From: Nitrospirales bacterium
Lineage (GTDB): Bacteria > Nitrospirota > Nitrospiria > Nitrospirales > UBA8639
Assembly (NCBI GenBank): GCA_965203295.1
Contig: CBDBCZ010000019.1
Coordinates: 2,208,001-2,272,000 of the forward strand
Length of the DNA: 64,000 bases
Reading direction: 5' to 3'
Position 1 is the stretch's first letter. Each line of letters opens with the position of its first letter. A program made the translations under genes and the position numbers. The notes under the pieces are model-generated. The model saw nothing but the letters and a program-made list of their open reading frames with translations. It was not told where the DNA came from and did no database searches. Of this stretch, positions 21,063 to 30,380 are shown in pieces.

Positions 21063-22342
21063 TCCTTCCTTTTGAAATCTTCGTCGGGCTCAGATATCTC
21101 CTGGCCAAACGACGAACTCGAACCATTTCTTTGAATACATTTATCTCCATTGTTGGAATCACTCTCGGTGTGGCGGCCTTAATCGGTACTCTTGGCATCA
21201 TGACCGGATTTAAGGAAGACATGCAGGAGAAAATCCTCGGCACCACCTCCCATGTCGTCGTTCAAGAAAGGGGCTCCAGCATGATGGCCAGTTATGAAGA
21301 CCTGGTCGGCCAAATTGAGAACGTGCCGAGTGTCGTCGCAGCCACTCCGTTTATTTTCAAACAGGTTCTGTTGACTACCAAAAGGGGAGTTCAAGGTGTT
21401 GTCCTTCGTGGCATTGATCCTATTAAAGAACCGACCGTCACTGAGATCGCATCCAATGTGAAAATTGGAAGCGTGGGGGATTTAGCCCAACGCACACAGG
21501 GGAACAAATCTCAAGAACCTCCCTCACAGGAATCTTCTCTTTCAGGAAAAACACCCACACCCGGTATTATTCTTGGGAAGGAATTAGCTCTCCGTCTGGG
21601 GTCATTTTTAGGAGAACGCGTGAATGTGGTTTCACCGGTTGGGCCAATTAGCGCTCTTGGCATGACACCGAAAATTCGACCATTTCAAATTATGGGTATT
21701 TTTGAATCAGGCATGTATGAATATGATTCTTCTCTCGCGTACATTTCCCTGGGAGAAGCTCAAAAATTCTTTAAATTAGGGAACACCGTCACAGGCATCG
21801 AGGTCAAAGTCGATGATGTCTTTTCGGCCGATAAAACCGCCATTACTATTGAAACAGCATTAGAAGGACGATACTGGGCCAGAGATTGGATGCAATTAAA
21901 CAAGAATTTGTTTTCAGCTCTGAAGTTAGAAAAGACCATGATGTTTCTTTTACTCGTTCTCATTACATTGGTCGCCTCCTTTAACATTGTGGGTACGCTC
22001 ACCATGATCGTCAATGAAAAACAACGAGAAATCGCGATCTTGAAAACCATGGGGGCCACACCAAACGTGATCATGCGAATCTTTATGCTGAATGGTGTGG
22101 TCATTGGACTTACCGGTACCACAATTGGAATCCCATTGGGTTACACGTTTTTATGGTTGATTCAACGGTACTGGACGTTCGACCCGACGGTGTATTACAT
22201 CTCTCAGATTCCCGTCCACATCCAAGCTCTCGATGTATTGGTCGTCTCGCTTTCGGCGATACTGATCAGCTTTATTGCCACTCTTTACCCTTCATGGCAA
22301 GCCGCAAGGTTAGCCCCCGTGAATGCCCTTCGATATGAGTGA
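21059..22342 (+). CDS. lolE: Lipoprotein-releasing ABC transporter permease LolC/E
   Basis: GITLGVAALI, REIAILKTMGA and PVNALRYE motifs; between lysS and lolD. Confidence 0.9.
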   Translation: MILPFEIFVGLRYLLAKRRTRTISLNTFISIVGITLGVAALIGTLGIMTGFKEDMQEKILGTTSHVVVQERGSSMMASYEDLVGQIENVPSVVAATPFIFKQVLLTTKRGVQGVVLRGIDPIKEPTVTEIASNVKIGSVGDLAQRTQGNKSQEPPSQESSLSGKTPTPGIILGKELALRLGSFLGERVNVVSPVGPISALGMTPKIRPFQIMGIFESGMYEYDSSLAYISLGEAQKFFKLGNTVTGIEVKVDDVFSADKTAITIETALEGRYWARDWMQLNKNLFSALKLEKTMMFLLLVLITLVASFNIVGTLTMIVNEKQREIAILKTMGATPNVIMRIFMLNGVVIGLTGTTIGIPLGYTFLWLIQRYWTFDPTVYYISQIPVHIQALDVLVVSLSAILISFIATLYPSWQAARLAPVNALRYE

Positions 22343-23072
22343 CGACTTCCTAGCCTCACACACGGAATCTCTTCCTCTGCTCAAAGTCCAAGCATTGCAC
22401 AAGTCTTTCTCCCACGGCTCTCGACAGATTGAAGTCCTGAAAGATATCAATCTTGAACTGAACCATAGCGAGATCTTGGCCTTGATCGGAGCATCGGGTG
22501 CAGGGAAGAGCACGTTTTTACAGATCATCGGGAGTTTGGATCGTCCGACACAAGGCACCGTGCTTTTTGAGGATCAAGATCTTTTTCAGCTATCAGAGGC
22601 ACAGTTGGCAGAATTTCGAAATCGCCGAATAGGTTTTGTATTCCAGTTCCATCACCTGCTTCCCGAATTTACCGCGTTGGAAAACACGTACCTTCCAGCC
22701 TTAATTCAAAAGGAGCGAAGAAACCGGTATGTGGAATCTGCTCGATCTCTTCTTGAAGAAGTTGGATTACTTGATCGCATCCACCATAAGCCTGGTGAAT
22801 TGTCAGGAGGGGAACAGCAACGTGTAGCAGTCGCGCGGGCCTTGATCCAAAACCCTGATTTAGTGCTCGCAGACGAGCCAACAGGCAACTTGGATACTCA
22901 CACGGGCGAAATGCTCTTTGACCTTCTTCGGGAGCTCAACCAACGGCGAGGAACAACTTTCATGATCGTCACTCACAATGAACGCTTGTCCAAACAAGCT
23001 GACCGTTTGGTTCACATGAAAGACGGACAATTGTTTGACCAATCCAATCAACTTCTTGAGCACAGTGAGTGA
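22335..23072 (+). CDS. lolD: Lipoprotein-releasing ABC transporter ATPase
   Basis: [27 protein letters not shown] and DEPTGNLD motifs. Confidence 0.92.
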   Translation: MSDDFLASHTESLPLLKVQALHKSFSHGSRQIEVLKDINLELNHSEILALIGASGAGKSTFLQIIGSLDRPTQGTVLFEDQDLFQLSEAQLAEFRNRRIGFVFQFHHLLPEFTALENTYLPALIQKERRNRYVESARSLLEEVGLLDRIHHKPGELSGGEQQRVAVARALIQNPDLVLADEPTGNLDTHTGEMLFDLLRELNQRRGTTFMIVTHNERLSKQADRLVHMKDGQLFDQSNQLLEHSE

Positions 23073-23230
23073 AGCCCCACGGCATTAGCCTACTCCGCTA
23101 AAGTCGTTTTAGCTACGAAGGACGAGCAACCGTGGCGCCTATTAGGACTTCGGTCACCTACGCGCCACAGCTTCGGAGACGGTGCGAGGAACCTGCCGAA
23201 GCAGCCCTCCTTCGCGAAGGCGGGTGAAGC
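23069..23230. repeat. Structured MITE/REP-like element
   Basis: Nested inverted repeats CCACGG/CCGTGG, GCTAAA/TTTAGC, GCTTCGG/CCGAAGC and palindrome CCTTCGCGAAGG, bounded by the direct repeat GTGAAGC. Confidence 0.6.
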
Positions 23231-23316
23231 ATGACGAGATGATACATCACGGCACTGGTATCATCTCAAATGCTTGACAGAAAACGGGATAAGTCAACTG
23301 GGCAGAATCGTATTTT

Positions 23317-24072
23317 CTACTGAGAAGCCGTGATCCGATCTTTAATCGCATCAAATCTCGCTTTGGGAATAACTTGTTTGGCAACAAGTTCTCCGCGAAG
23401 CCGATAAGGCCGGTTGTCCACCACCTTTTCGGCCATTTCTTTGGTCAGCCCCAGTAACAGGACCATATCATTCGCAGACGCGGTATTGATATTCACAGGA
23501 GCAGGAGCGCCTCTCTGCAGGGGATCAAGTGAGGCGGCTGCTTGTTGAGAGACTGATTGCCCTGGACTAGGGAGTGTATTCACGATTGGTTTCGGCTCAG
23601 GAGGTGTTGTCGCTGGTGGAGGGACCCTTGTGGCGTCTACAGCCCGACGTTTCCTTGCCTCTTTTAACTCTTTTTGATACCGAACGACGGTGCTCTTTAA
23701 CGCGTTATTTTGGCTTTTCACCTTTTTGAACTCTCGTTGGATTTTCGCCACTCTCGAAGACAAAGCCTGGCTTTCCTTTTCTAAATCTGCTTCCCGACTC
23801 TCCAAAAGCAAACGTTCATTCTCACGATCTTCCTTTATTCGCTTCACTTCAGAGCCCATCATTTCCAGATCAGCGCTGACTTTTTCATTTTGACCTTTTA
23901 GCTTCTGAATCTCTTTTTCCAAAGTATCTCTCAGCATTTCGCTTTTTTCCAATTCATTCTTGGCTAATGTCTTATCGGCAACGGCGGCCTCATACTTTTT
24001 CTTGGACACGAGGCAACCATTTAATCCCACCATACCAACCAAAACTATCACCATGACGCTTCGTAATGTCAT
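23317..24072 (-). CDS. Lipoprotein with coiled coil and C-terminal helix-hairpin-helix (ComEA-like) domain
   Basis: Lipobox LNGC, long heptad region, Pro-rich linker, VNINTASANDM...AEKVVDNRPY. Confidence 0.75.
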   Translation of the reverse strand: MTLRSVMVIVLVGMVGLNGCLVSKKKYEAAVADKTLAKNELEKSEMLRDTLEKEIQKLKGQNEKVSADLEMMGSEVKRIKEDRENERLLLESREADLEKESQALSSRVAKIQREFKKVKSQNNALKSTVVRYQKELKEARKRRAVDATRVPPPATTPPEPKPIVNTLPSPGQSVSQQAAASLDPLQRGAPAPVNINTASANDMVLLLGLTKEMAEKVVDNRPYRLRGELVAKQVIPKARFDAIKDRITASQ

Positions 24073-24212
24073 TGAATTCCTCCCCACATCCTTGTTTCGA
24101 CTTATACTGTAGTAACCATGAGCGTTCGGCTACATAAGAGGATTCGTGAGTGTATCAACACCCAAACGAATAGACAAAAAAACACAATTCAATATGCTGA
24201 AAGAACGATCCT

Positions 24213-24241
24213 AGCATGTAAGGAAGGACAGGTTTTGTCAA
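24213..24241 (-). promoter_or_regulatory. Putative sigma70 promoter for the HhH lipoprotein gene
   Basis: TTGACA-17 nt-CATGCT. Confidence 0.5.
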
Positions 24242-24367
24242 TAGGTTGCCTCCCACTATTATAATATGTTAGGCCCACTGGCAAAACTCGCAACTAGTTC
24301 AAGCAGAGATGGCCGAAGCGATCTGTCCATCGACTGTAACTATCCGTCGAGAAAAGGAGACGGAACA

Positions 24368-26746
24368 ATGGCCGACCGCACTGTGGCTCTACGAATCGGT
24401 TTGGGACTCATCTGCGCGCTCGCGACTCCGGGGCAAGCTTTTTCGAACGACCTCGTTCCGCCGCTGCCCGTCCTGACTCAGCTCCAAGAGCTGACGGCAG
24501 AACAGATCGACGAGGGCGAGAAGGTAATCGTTGTAGCTGAAGAACGAGTTGTAGCTGAAGAACGAATGGTCGCGAAGCTCACGGGCAAGAAGATACTCGG
24601 GAATCGCGGCCCGAGAACCGAGGAGTTCTTCAGGGACATCGCCCATCGATACCGAAAGGATCTCCGAAGCCTTCGGCGAGAAATCGATCGAGAACTATTC
24701 GCTTGGAAGCGCCGAGCTCCCCAGGATCCGTTCACCCTCCAACACGTCTACAACCGCCCGCGCCGGGCGATTGAACTCGCGTGGCAGCTCCTGATCATAG
24801 AGTTCGGCATGCGGGTCAACGCCCTCGACCTGGAGAACAAGAAGCTACACAGCGATCTTCACCGAGAGTGGGCGGAGAAGGCACGCGGATTTTTCCGGCC
24901 AACCCTAGAAGCTCGCCGCATATACGCTGGCGACGCTTGGCGTTGGGTCGACATCGCCCGTCGGCGCGAGCATCAGTCTCAAGAAAAAGCCGGAGTGCGT
25001 TTCGTCTACATGCAGTTCACCCCGAACCTCCGTCAGCGCCTGCTCGCACTGCGAGAGCAAGTCTTAGGAGAGGGTTCGCTCGAGAGTTCGTCTGCGATCG
25101 ACAAATACTCGCTCTACACGAGGAAGCTCCGTTTTCCCACCGGATCCATCTTCGCTCGCGAAGAACCACTCCCACCCCTGACGATCGCGAGGAGTTTACG
25201 AGCCGAGCCGGTCGAATCCCTCCGCGCATTCGACGATACGTTTCCAGCGCAGCTCGACGCCGGCTCTGCTCTCGAGAGCGCGATCCGCCAGCTCGAGGAG
25301 CGGCTCCGCCAGTTTACGGCGAACTCCAGCCGCGCTCGCCTTCTCTTCGAGCAGCTGGGTCGAGGGAGCGGGGGTGTTGAGCAACTCGAGGAAATGCGCT
25401 CCGAGGTCCAGAGGCATGTCGAGATGGTACGAGACCTGGCAGAGAGCGCACGCGCTGCGCAAAACCGAGATCTGAACGATGGCCACATCCGCGATGTGGC
25501 CCAGCCCCAAGTCGTCGCCGCCGAGAAGAGGCTCGCGGAAGCGGAGAAGAGTGTCGAGAAGGAGTCGCTCAAGCTGCGTCGCAACCGAGCGTTCGAAAAA
25601 AGTATCGAGAATGAGCTGGCGGATCCGGATATCTCCAAGAACTTCACCAAGGAAGATCGTGAGCGGCGCAAAACGGCCCTCGCGCGACTGAGGAAGAAGA
25701 ATGCCGATCTCGCCAAGGCGATCGAGGTAGCGCTGCCCCCCCACCGGAAGGCGCTCCAAGAAGCGAAGGCACATCTCGCCGCGGCACAAGCCGAGCGCCA
25801 GAAGAACGCAGATTTTGCCGGAGAATTCGATACGGAACACTCCCGCGTGCTGGAGGAGCTACGCGGCATGGCTCGAAAGTTGCGGGCACAGGGATTCCGA
25901 ATTTCACCTTTGCTCCGGAAGGATCCGGAGAGCATTCTCGGCGTGGCGGAAGATCTCGCCGATATCAGCAACCAGCTGCAGCGCAAGGCAGAAAAACGCA
26001 TCGTTGACTGTGAGGTCTTGCGGGCCGAGCTCGAGGCGATCGACGCCGAGCGAGCGGGACTTGCGCACAACATCCAGCTCGCGAAGCTGCGGGCGACCCT
26101 GGAGGCGCGGAAGGCTCTCAAGGCGACTGGAACACCCCCCGAAAGCGAGCTGCTGAAGAAGCTCGAGGAGATGGGATCCCTCGTCGGCGAAGGCGAGAAG
26201 TTCCTCGGCGAGCTGAAGATGCGGCTGGGGAGACTCAGGAAGGCGGGGGAAGTCTTGACAGACATCGAGTTCCTACGACGAGCCGAAGGCGCTCGGGTCG
26301 GCGAGATGGTCAATGCCGCTGCCGAGCGCGTCTCCGCTTTGAAGGATGATCTGGGAACCATGGAGAAGATCCGCAGTATGACCGAGAAGATCGAGCAGTT
26401 ACGTGGCCATCTCGACCGCGGTGAGTCCATTGAAGCACTGGCCGGATATCTCGAGCTCGTCTCCAAGCTCGGAAGCAAGGTCCCCCTCGCCGACCCCTTC
26501 ATGGAAGAAATGCTGCGCTTTTACGGGGCAGCGACGCGGGGGATCGCCGACGAGATCGGCCAGATCACGGAAAGACTCATCGCACAGCGCATCGACCTTC
26601 TCCACCCTCAACCCGAGCACAAGCTCTACACGAAGGCCGAAGTGGAGGACGCGATCGCGGGTCGCCAACTTTCCGCGGCTAAGCTCGAGGAGCTGGTTGT
26701 ATCGGTCCAGGTAAGGCGGCTCATGACGCTCCTACCTACCCGTTGA
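24368..26746 (+). CDS. GC-rich secreted alpha-helical/coiled-coil protein of unknown function
   Basis: AAGGAG RBS, ATG at 24368, Sec-type signal (MADRTVALRIGLGLICALATPGQAFS), extended coiled coils, strongly GC3-biased codons. Confidence 0.8.
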   Translation: MADRTVALRIGLGLICALATPGQAFSNDLVPPLPVLTQLQELTAEQIDEGEKVIVVAEERVVAEERMVAKLTGKKILGNRGPRTEEFFRDIAHRYRKDLRSLRREIDRELFAWKRRAPQDPFTLQHVYNRPRRAIELAWQLLIIEFGMRVNALDLENKKLHSDLHREWAEKARGFFRPTLEARRIYAGDAWRWVDIARRREHQSQEKAGVRFVYMQFTPNLRQRLLALREQVLGEGSLESSSAIDKYSLYTRKLRFPTGSIFAREEPLPPLTIARSLRAEPVESLRAFDDTFPAQLDAGSALESAIRQLEERLRQFTANSSRARLLFEQLGRGSGGVEQLEEMRSEVQRHVEMVRDLAESARAAQNRDLNDGHIRDVAQPQVVAAEKRLAEAEKSVEKESLKLRRNRAFEKSIENELADPDISKNFTKEDRERRKTALARLRKKNADLAKAIEVALPPHRKALQEAKAHLAAAQAERQKNADFAGEFDTEHSRVLEELRGMARKLRAQGFRISPLLRKDPESILGVAEDLADISNQLQRKAEKRIVDCEVLRAELEAIDAERAGLAHNIQLAKLRATLEARKALKATGTPPESELLKKLEEMGSLVGEGEKFLGELKMRLGRLRKAGEVLTDIEFLRRAEGARVGEMVNAAAERVSALKDDLGTMEKIRSMTEKIEQLRGHLDRGESIEALAGYLELVSKLGSKVPLADPFMEEMLRFYGAATRGIADEIGQITERLIAQRIDLLHPQPEHKLYTKAEVEDAIAGRQLSAAKLEELVVSVQVRRLMTLLPTR
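24530..24565 (+). repeat. In-frame 18-bp tandem duplication (VVAEER x2)
   Basis: GTTGTAGCTGAAGAACGA occurs twice in tandem. Confidence 0.92.
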
Positions 26747-27003
26747 CGAGAGCCACGAGAGAGGACGCAAAGACGGTCATCGCCCTGAGTGAGGTTGCAT
26801 ACTCTCGAGCGCGGGAGGGATCGACGTGCGATCATTCCCGTGCTCCGACTATTTCCCTGACGTTTACGGCTTCACCCTTTCTCTCAGGGTAAATTCGTTC
26901 TCCCAAGTCTCACTTGGCGGCTGTCGCGCAAGAATTGCTTGACATCCTGAGGGAGTCGAAGACCAACCGACCAGAAGTCCAGACGTGACCACATCTATTT
27001 GAA

Positions 27004-27032
27004 TTGACAGGAATTATCCTGTAGGATAAATT
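27004..27032 (+). promoter_or_regulatory. Putative sigma70 promoter with an overlapping palindrome upstream of uppP
   Basis: TTGACA-17 nt-TAAATT; TTATCCT-gt-AGGATAA inverted repeat at 27014-27029. Confidence 0.5.
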
Positions 27033-27192
27033 CACCCTGCCACACTACTAAAGCGAAAAGTCCTTTCCTCCAATTTGATCACCTAAATTTCCAAGATTGA
27101 CTATCCGAAACAAGTCTGTGAGGATCTCTCCCCACTTTGATTATGTAGAATGTATCTTGACTCCAGGCTATAACCGTACCTCTCACGAGAAC

Positions 27193-28089
27193 ATGCAAGA
27201 ATTCGGACTAGGACTGGCTCTCATTCTTGGGCTTGTGGAAGGGCTCACTGAGTTCCTGCCCGTCTCCTCCACTGGTCATCTCATTCTGGTTGGACATTTC
27301 TTAGGTTTTACAGGAGAAGTGGCTGTGAGAATTGATATCTGCATTCAGCTCGGCTCAATCCTGTCTATCGTCGCCTATGAACGCAGGAAAATCCTTGAGC
27401 TGTTCCGAGAAGCCTGTCGAGAACAAAAAGCCTTGCGTCATTTTGTCCATGCTTCTCGCAGCAAGAACGGGAGAGAGTCGGCTCAATCCTGGCTAGCCTT
27501 ATTCCAACAATCTTGCCAAATACACCCCAACCTATGGTTTTTGGTGGGATTGATCGTGGCCTTCTTACCCTCTGCCTTTGTGGGATTCATGACCCACTCC
27601 TGGATTGAGACTCATCTGTTTTCAGCCCAAACAGTAGCCATTAGTCTCATAGTAGGAGGAATCATTATCTATATTGTAGAAATGTGGCCAAGGAAAGAGC
27701 GGGTTTCTCAACTCCATCAAGTTGGGATTCGGCCCGCCTTAATGGTTGGGCTCGCGCAATGTGCGGCATTGATCCCAGGTATGTCTCGGTCTGGTTCCAC
27801 GATCATCGGAGGTCTCTTGACGGGCCTCAACCGGAAGGTCGCGACAGAGTACTCTTTTTTTCTTGCCCTACCGACCATGTTGGCCGCCACGTTTTACAAA
27901 CTTGTCCAATCCTTTCATCTATTCAGTTGGGAAGACGCCTTGGCCCTTTTCATAGGAATGGTCGTGTCATTTGTTGTGGCCTGGGTCGTTATCAGTCTTT
28001 TTCTTACTTATGTGAAACGGCATACCCTCCGGGTCTTCGCTTTCTACCGCATAGGACTCGGCATAGTCTTACTGTTCTTCCTCCAATAG
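27193..28089 (+). CDS. uppP: Undecaprenyl-diphosphate phosphatase
   Basis: GLVEGLTEFLPVSSTGH, PGMSRSGSTI and EYSFFLALP motifs. Confidence 0.95.
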   Translation: MQEFGLGLALILGLVEGLTEFLPVSSTGHLILVGHFLGFTGEVAVRIDICIQLGSILSIVAYERRKILELFREACREQKALRHFVHASRSKNGRESAQSWLALFQQSCQIHPNLWFLVGLIVAFLPSAFVGFMTHSWIETHLFSAQTVAISLIVGGIIIYIVEMWPRKERVSQLHQVGIRPALMVGLAQCAALIPGMSRSGSTIIGGLLTGLNRKVATEYSFFLALPTMLAATFYKLVQSFHLFSWEDALALFIGMVVSFVVAWVVISLFLTYVKRHTLRVFAFYRIGLGIVLLFFLQ

Positions 28090-28108
28090 CTACAATAATT
28101 TTCTCACG

Positions 28109-28903
28109 TTAGCAGACGTAAAATTCCGGATGCCGGTCTCGAAAAATGTCATTATAGGGATTTATTGATTTATTGCGGGCTTCATGTACATCAATGTCAA
28201 CAATGGTGAGTTCCTCCTCCCTTGACGAGGCTCGATGAACAATGAGCCCTCAAGGAGACACCACCTCGCTTTTTCCAATGAAGGTTAGCGGCTGCTTCCC
28301 TCCTCGACTCTCCTGACCCACACGGTTGGCCGTCACACTAAAAACTCGATTCTCAAGACATCGGGTGACCATCGCATCCGGACAATGTGGAAGCACTAAG
28401 TTCGACGGATGGGCAAGGACGTCAGCCCCTTTCAGGGCCAAAGTTCGCGCAGCTTCGGGATAGATCCAGTCAAAGCAAATCAAGACTCCCACTTTGGCCA
28501 TCCCGATATCCCAAACCTCTAGACCTGTATTACCTGGAGAAAAAAACAACGTCTCCTCGAAAAACAGGTGCGCTTTCCGATACAGGCCAATAAACCCTGT
28601 GGGACCCACCAAGATTGCCGAGTTGTAACATTGATTTCCCACCTGTTCAGGGAGACCAACAACCACATGCATTGAACGCCTTTTGGCCAACTCAATAAAG
28701 CCCTGCGTCGTGGGTCCATCTGGGACAGATTCAGCTAGGCTGCTCACTTCGTCCTGAGAAGTGAACTGATAACCAGATAGAGCTAATTAAGGTAACACCA
28801 AGAGATCACATTCAACCTCGGAAAGACAGTTCATGACCGAATCCAGGTTCTTTTTGACCTCTCCGAAGACCGGATCAAATTGATAAAATCCGACTTTCAG
28901 CAT
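28109..28903 (-). pseudogene. Carbon-nitrogen hydrolase (nitrilase family) with two nonsense codons
   Basis: MLKVGFYQFDPVFG...LVLP*L (TAA at 28787-28789 at the catalytic Glu position), YRKAHLF, ICFDW; second stop TGA at 28250-28252; frame continues to DRHPEFYVC*. Confidence 0.88.
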
Positions 28904-29001
28904 TCCACCTTACAGACGTCTCAAAAATCACAAACCAAACACCTTTCAGGAAAAACGATCTCTAAGTTTAAGGAATACGCAACTTCTCAGCTGCCTCTGG
29001 T

Positions 29002-29036
29002 AAAAAAAAGCGGGCAGTCACCCTGCCCGCTTTTTT
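29002..29036. terminator. Bidirectional intrinsic terminator downstream of smbP
   Basis: A8-GCGGGCAG-loop-CTGCCCGC-T6. Confidence 0.85.
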
Positions 29037-29062
29037 CCAGAGAATTCCCGCTTGCAAAAGGA

Positions 29063-29407
29063 TCAATGGACCTCTTTCATATGCATGACCGCACTTTTAG
29101 CATGTTTGGTCGCCACTCCCGCGTGACCTTGGTTGCCATGATCAATGGCATTTTCCAATTCACTGACTCCTTCATCCAAATGCGGATTGCTCACTTCTTT
29201 TTGGGCGGCTCGGGCATGTTTCAAAGACACTTCTGCATGCATCACGATGGCATCTGAATGACCCAGTTCGCCATGTTCGACAGCTTCTTCAGCATGTGAG
29301 ATGGCCTCGTGCACATGAGCGTTTCTCCCTGCCAATGCCAAACCCGCCATAGAGAGGACAACTGCCCCACTGATACAAATCGCTAGGAAAAGTTTATGTG
29401 TTCTCAT
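29063..29407 (-). CDS. smbP: Small metal-binding protein SmbP
   Basis: Signal peptide plus His-repeat helices HVHEAISHAEEAVEHG...HAEVSLKHA...HLDEG...HAKSAVMH. Confidence 0.85.
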   Translation of the reverse strand: MRTHKLFLAICISGAVVLSMAGLALAGRNAHVHEAISHAEEAVEHGELGHSDAIVMHAEVSLKHARAAQKEVSNPHLDEGVSELENAIDHGNQGHAGVATKHAKSAVMHMKEVH

Positions 29408-29529
29408 TCTCAACCTCCCAAAAGGTGATTAAAAATAATCATTCTTCTTCCTTGATCTTCTCTTTTATACATCTTCGCATTCCTAGGGATGAAGTTCAAG
29501 AAGGCTGGGCTTCCTCCTGAGCTGTCATT

Positions 29530-30369
29530 TTATGAAGAAGCTTGACATTTTTTTTCCACTGGTGCGGCAAAATCTCGGCTCCATTCCCACCACGAACCAG
29601 GATAATTTCTCACATGCTCAAAACCAACGAGTTGAAAGATGAAGAAAAGCCACGCCGACCGCACGCCACCTAAACAGTAGGTAATGACCTCTTGATCCTC
29701 TCGCAAGCCGTTTTCTTCAAGATTCTTCCTGATATCTTCTAAATCTTTGACAGTCGCATCAGGGTTCAGAAATTGATTCCAGGGAATATTGAAAGCCCCA
29801 GGGATATGGCCTGACCGAGGAATACCATTGACTTCTTTGCCCGCATACTCTTCCACACTTCTGGCATCGATAAGGACCAAATCTTGGTTTGGACTCCTGA
29901 CAAGTTTTTTTAGCTCATCTTTTCCTATGATCACATCAGGACGTAAAAAGGCTTTGAAATTTCCGGGACTGGGATCGATCGAGGTATGTTCATACGGCCG
30001 TTGTTCAGCAATCCACTTGACCCACCCCCCATCCAAGACACGGACACTCTCATGGCCCAAATATTGAAGCATCCAAAACATTCGGCCCTCATCACCCCAG
30101 TTATCGAATGGATTGGAATAGATCACGATGTCACTGGAATTGTTGATCCCCAATGCTTGAAGCTTTTGTTCAATCCGCGCCATGTCCGTATCCAGAAGAC
30201 CCTTCACCGTCGCTTCTGGATCACTGTATTCGTGCCAGGTACTTTTGACCGCACCTGGAATATGGGAGGAATAGGCAGCTTTTCCTCGGACATCAATAAT
30301 CACTAAGTCCTTTCGGCCCAAGTTTTGGGCCAATGTCTCGGTATCAATGAGCAAAAAATGTTTTTTCAT
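29530..30369 (-). CDS. Tandem-domain rhodanese/sulfurtransferase
   Basis: HIPGA twice, LDGGW, active-site YCLGGVRS, YPGSWWEW. Confidence 0.92.
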   Translation of the reverse strand: MKKHFLLIDTETLAQNLGRKDLVIIDVRGKAAYSSHIPGAVKSTWHEYSDPEATVKGLLDTDMARIEQKLQALGINNSSDIVIYSNPFDNWGDEGRMFWMLQYLGHESVRVLDGGWVKWIAEQRPYEHTSIDPSPGNFKAFLRPDVIIGKDELKKLVRSPNQDLVLIDARSVEEYAGKEVNGIPRSGHIPGAFNIPWNQFLNPDATVKDLEDIRKNLEENGLREDQEVITYCLGGVRSAWLFFIFQLVGFEHVRNYPGSWWEWSRDFAAPVEKKCQASS

Positions 30370-30380
30370 TCAATTACCCC

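Noticed and set aside
25114..26502. 462-aa antisense ORF and other long overlapping ORFs in the GC-rich island
   Set aside because: Ser/Arg-rich shadow frames caused by GC3 codon bias of the plus-strand gene.
24227..27011. GACAGG as a target-site duplication, or TGTCAA/TTGACA as IS inverted repeats, around the island
   Set aside because: These 6-bp matches are better explained as parts of the two divergent -35 promoter elements, and no transposase is present.
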